Source of the DNA: Gammaproteobacteria bacterium
Lineage (GTDB): Bacteria > Pseudomonadota > Gammaproteobacteria > Steroidobacterales > Foliamicaceae
Direction of reading: 5' to 3'
NCBI GenBank assembly: GCA_026708965.1
Contig: JAPOTY010000015.1
Coordinates: forward strand, 642 to 64,641
DNA: 64,000 bases
The notes below the pieces were generated by a model. The model saw nothing but the letters and a program-made list of their open reading frames with translations, searched no databases and had not been told where the DNA came from. Numbering within the stretch: position 1 is the stretch's first letter; every line of letters begins with the position of its first letter. Below, piece after piece: positions 61,316 to 64,000 of the stretch. A program made the position numbers and the translations under genes.

Positions 61316-61933
61316 ATGCTGCTGCTTGAAGATGCCTTGGATTTGCGCCAGTGGGTGCTGCGCACCGACGTGGCGGGCCACCCCTTAGGCTGGATCGATT
61401 ACCGCGATGCCGTGCGGCTCTATCACGCGGGCCAGGTGGCTTATCACTGCGGCCGGCCCCTGTTCCGGATTCGCGGCGGCATTTGCGCGCATACCGGCGA
61501 TCGCAGCGAGGTGGACGTGAATACGATCGTGGCCACCCAAGGCGTGTCGGCGGGACTCAATAAGCGTCTCGGCAACTATATGCCGCCGCTCAACAATCAC
61601 ACGCTGTTCCGCCGCGACGCGCAAATTTGCATGTACTGCGGCGGGCGCTTCCTCAAGCGCGACCTCACGCGCGATCATGTGCGCCCCATCAGCATGGGCG
61701 GATCGGATGCTTGGGCCAACGTGGTGGCGGCCTGCAAGCGCTGCAATAATTTCAAGGGCGGGCGGCTGCCGGAGGATGCCGGCCTGCAATTGCTGGCCGT
61801 GCCCTTCGTGCCCACCTATGCCGAGTACATCTACCTGAAGGGGCGCCGGGTGCTGGCCGACCAGATGGAATTCCTCAAGGCCCATTTCCCGCGCGACAGC
61901 CGCTTGCAAAGCCGCTTCGGGCAGGCCGCCTGA
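61316..61933 (+). CDS. HNH endonuclease
   Basis: LFRRD..CMYCG..LTRDHV..GG...[16 protein letters not shown]. Confidence 0.92.
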   Translation: MLLLEDALDLRQWVLRTDVAGHPLGWIDYRDAVRLYHAGQVAYHCGRPLFRIRGGICAHTGDRSEVDVNTIVATQGVSAGLNKRLGNYMPPLNNHTLFRRDAQICMYCGGRFLKRDLTRDHVRPISMGGSDAWANVVAACKRCNNFKGGRLPEDAGLQLLAVPFVPTYAEYIYLKGRRVLADQMEFLKAHFPRDSRLQSRFGQAA

Positions 61934-61967
61934 GTCACCCCTGAACCCCCCCGGACGGCGAGGCTTC

Positions 61968-63962
61968 GTGTCAACAGGAAAGATCGAATCGGTGCTGAGC
62001 GAGGAGCGCAGCTTCGACCCGGACGAATCCTTCGCCGCCCGCGCGCAAATCAACGGGGAGCGGCTGGCCGCGCTCAGCCGCAAGGGCGAAAGCGACCCGG
62101 AGGGCCTGTGGGCCGACCTAGCCCGCGAGATGCTGGCTTGGCATAAGCCGTTCACCGCCACCCTCGACCGTTCGCGCGCGCCGCACTTCGCCTGGTTCCC
62201 GGACGGCGAGCTGAATGCCAGCGAAGCCTGCTTGGGCCCTTGGATCCAAAAGGCGCCGGAGCGTCCCGCAATCCTCTACGAGGGCGAGAATGGCGATAGC
62301 CGCTCGCTGAGCTACCGCGAGCTGGGCGAAGCGGTGGAGCGCTTAGGCGCGGCCCTGCGCGCCCAAGGCGTGGCCAGCGGCGACCGGGTGGTGATCTATA
62401 TGCCGATGTGCCCGGAGGCCATCATCGCCATGCATGCCTGCGCCCGCATCGGCGCCGTGCATTCGGTGGTGTTCGGCGGCTTTTCGGCCCGCTCGCTCTA
62501 CGACCGGGTGGTGGATGCCAGCGCCGAAGTCGTCATCACCGCCGACGCCGGCCGCCGCAGCGGCAAATTCGTGCGCCTCAAGGCCGCGGTGGACCAAGCG
62601 CTGGAGCTCGGCGAGCATCCGGTGCGCCGGGTGATCGTTTTCCGGCACTCGGGGGAAGAGATCGCTTGGCGCGAAGGGCGCGACTGCTGGGCGCATGAAC
62701 TCACCGAAGCCGCCGCGCCCGGCTGTCCGGCGGAGCAGGTCAACGCCGAGCATCCGCTATTCCTGCTCTACACCTCCGGCTCCACCGGCAAGCCCAAGGG
62801 CATACAGCACGCCACGGCGGGCTATTTGCTGCACGCCAAGCTCACCTGCCGCTGGGTATTCGACCTGCGCGAAAACGACGTGTTCTGGTGCACCGCCGAT
62901 GTGGGCTGGATTACCGGCCATAGCTACGTCGCCTACGGGCCGCTGGCCTCCGGCGCCACCGTGGTGATCTACGAGGGCGCCCCCGCCTGGCCCCACGGCG
63001 GCCGTTTCTGGGAAATCTGCCAGCGCTACGGCGTGACCGTGTTCTACACCGCGCCCACCGCGATCCGCGCCCTGATGAAGCTGGGCGACGAGCTGCCGGG
63101 GAAATACGATCTGTCCTCGCTGCGGCTGCTGGGCACCGTGGGCGAGCCGATCAACCCCGAGGCCTGGATCTGGTACCACCGCGTGATCGGCCGCGAACGC
63201 TGCCCGATTGTCGATACTTGGTGGCAAACGGAAACCGGCGGCATCATGATTTCGCCTGTTCCGGGCGTCACTTCCACCAAGCCCGGCTCCTGCACCCGAC
63301 CGCTGCCCGGCGTGCAGGCGGCCATCGTCGATGAGAACGGAGCGGAAATCACCGAACCCGACCGCGGCGGCTATCTGGTGATCCGCCATCCCTGGCCGTC
63401 GATGCTGCGCGATATCTGGGGCGACAGCCAGCGCTACCGCGAAACCTACTTCGGCCGGTTCGGCAACGACTGCTACATCACCGGCGACAGCGCCCGGCGC
63501 GATGCCGACGGCTACTTCTGGATCATGGGGCGGCTGGACGACGTGGTGAACGTGTCCGGCCACCGCCTCGGCACGATGGAAGTCGAATCGGCGCTGGTGG
63601 CGCATCCCTCCGTGGCCGAAGCCGCGGTCGTGAGCCGCCCGCACGAGATCAAGGGCGAGTCGATTTTCGCCTTCGTGGTGCTTAAAAGCGCCTCCGCGAA
63701 AGAGGCCGCCCCGTCCTCAAAAACGGACGCCATGCAGCAGGCGCTGCGCGCCTGGGTCGATCAGCAACTCGGCCCCATCGCCCGCCCCGACGATCTGCGC
63801 ATCGTGGAGGCGCTGCCCAAAACCCGCTCCGGCAAAATCATGCGCCGCCTGCTCCGCTCCATCGCCCGCGGCGAAGCCATCAACCAGGATATCTCCACCT
63901 TGGAAAACGCCGACCTCGTCCGCCAACTCACCCAGCCCGCAACGGATCCGCAACCGCCATGA
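61968..63962 (+). CDS. acs: Acetyl-CoA synthetase
   Basis: [44 protein letters not shown]. Confidence 0.97.
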   Translation: MSTGKIESVLSEERSFDPDESFAARAQINGERLAALSRKGESDPEGLWADLAREMLAWHKPFTATLDRSRAPHFAWFPDGELNASEACLGPWIQKAPERPAILYEGENGDSRSLSYRELGEAVERLGAALRAQGVASGDRVVIYMPMCPEAIIAMHACARIGAVHSVVFGGFSARSLYDRVVDASAEVVITADAGRRSGKFVRLKAAVDQALELGEHPVRRVIVFRHSGEEIAWREGRDCWAHELTEAAAPGCPAEQVNAEHPLFLLYTSGSTGKPKGIQHATAGYLLHAKLTCRWVFDLRENDVFWCTADVGWITGHSYVAYGPLASGATVVIYEGAPAWPHGGRFWEICQRYGVTVFYTAPTAIRALMKLGDELPGKYDLSSLRLLGTVGEPINPEAWIWYHRVIGRERCPIVDTWWQTETGGIMISPVPGVTSTKPGSCTRPLPGVQAAIVDENGAEITEPDRGGYLVIRHPWPSMLRDIWGDSQRYRETYFGRFGNDCYITGDSARRDADGYFWIMGRLDDVVNVSGHRLGTMEVESALVAHPSVAEAAVVSRPHEIKGESIFAFVVLKSASAKEAAPSSKTDAMQQALRAWVDQQLGPIARPDDLRIVEALPKTRSGKIMRRLLRSIARGEAINQDISTLENADLVRQLTQPATDPQPP

Positions 63963-63969
63963 GAGCATC

Positions 63970-63998
63970 TTGACATCAATAAAACATGACATCATGAT
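63970..63998 (+). promoter_or_regulatory. Putative promoter with repeated operator, for a gene beyond the window
   Basis: TTGACA-17 bp-CATGAT with TGACATCA at 63971 and 63987. Confidence 0.45.
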
Positions 63999-64000
63999 GC

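Noticed and set aside
61316-61933. HNH gene as a homing or mobile element
   Set aside because: No intron, flanking repeats or compositional shift; resembles a common chromosomal HNH family.

Overview
GC-rich gammaproteobacterial chromosome segment. The assignment rests on the 16S rRNA gene, gatCAB and a split pntAa/pntAb/pntB; pseudogene stubs and a secreted ankyrin protein hint at a host-associated lifestyle, which is inference only. From the left: the 5' part of a minus-strand rrn operon (promoter, 16S, tRNA-Ile, tRNA-Ala), then an ~8 kb accessory/decay zone before tyrS. That zone holds a PD-(D/E)XK protein, an AAA-DUF4143 ATPase behind a 23-bp tandem array, an ankyrin protein, IS256 and NYN remnants, a diverged tyrS fragment and an ABC-ATPase/DUF4276 pair. 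After tyrS comes a tightly packed minus-strand run: ECF sigma, RskA, alpha/beta hydrolase, membrane-anchored ferrochelatase-like protein, MacAB-type exporter, cytochrome c', DUF885. A core block follows (lgt, thyA, apaGH, rsmA, pdxA, surA, lptD, murU, lipB, dacA, rlpA, mltB, rodA, mrdA, mreBCD, gatCAB). The right part has two divergent Tat-type flavin amine oxidases with a secreted CpcT/CpeT-like protein, a 611-bp tandem duplication (hendecad-repeat membrane protein plus HicB), priA, a probable type I R-M deletion scar, pnt, an HNH gene and acs. Best leads: the exported chelatase operon and the amine oxidase/CpcT locus (possibly an unknown periplasmic tetrapyrrole/amine pathway), two ~100-bp palindromic elements with co-varying arms, and the iteron-like array before the AAA-DUF4143 gene. 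All family calls come from motif recognition by eye; no database searches were run.
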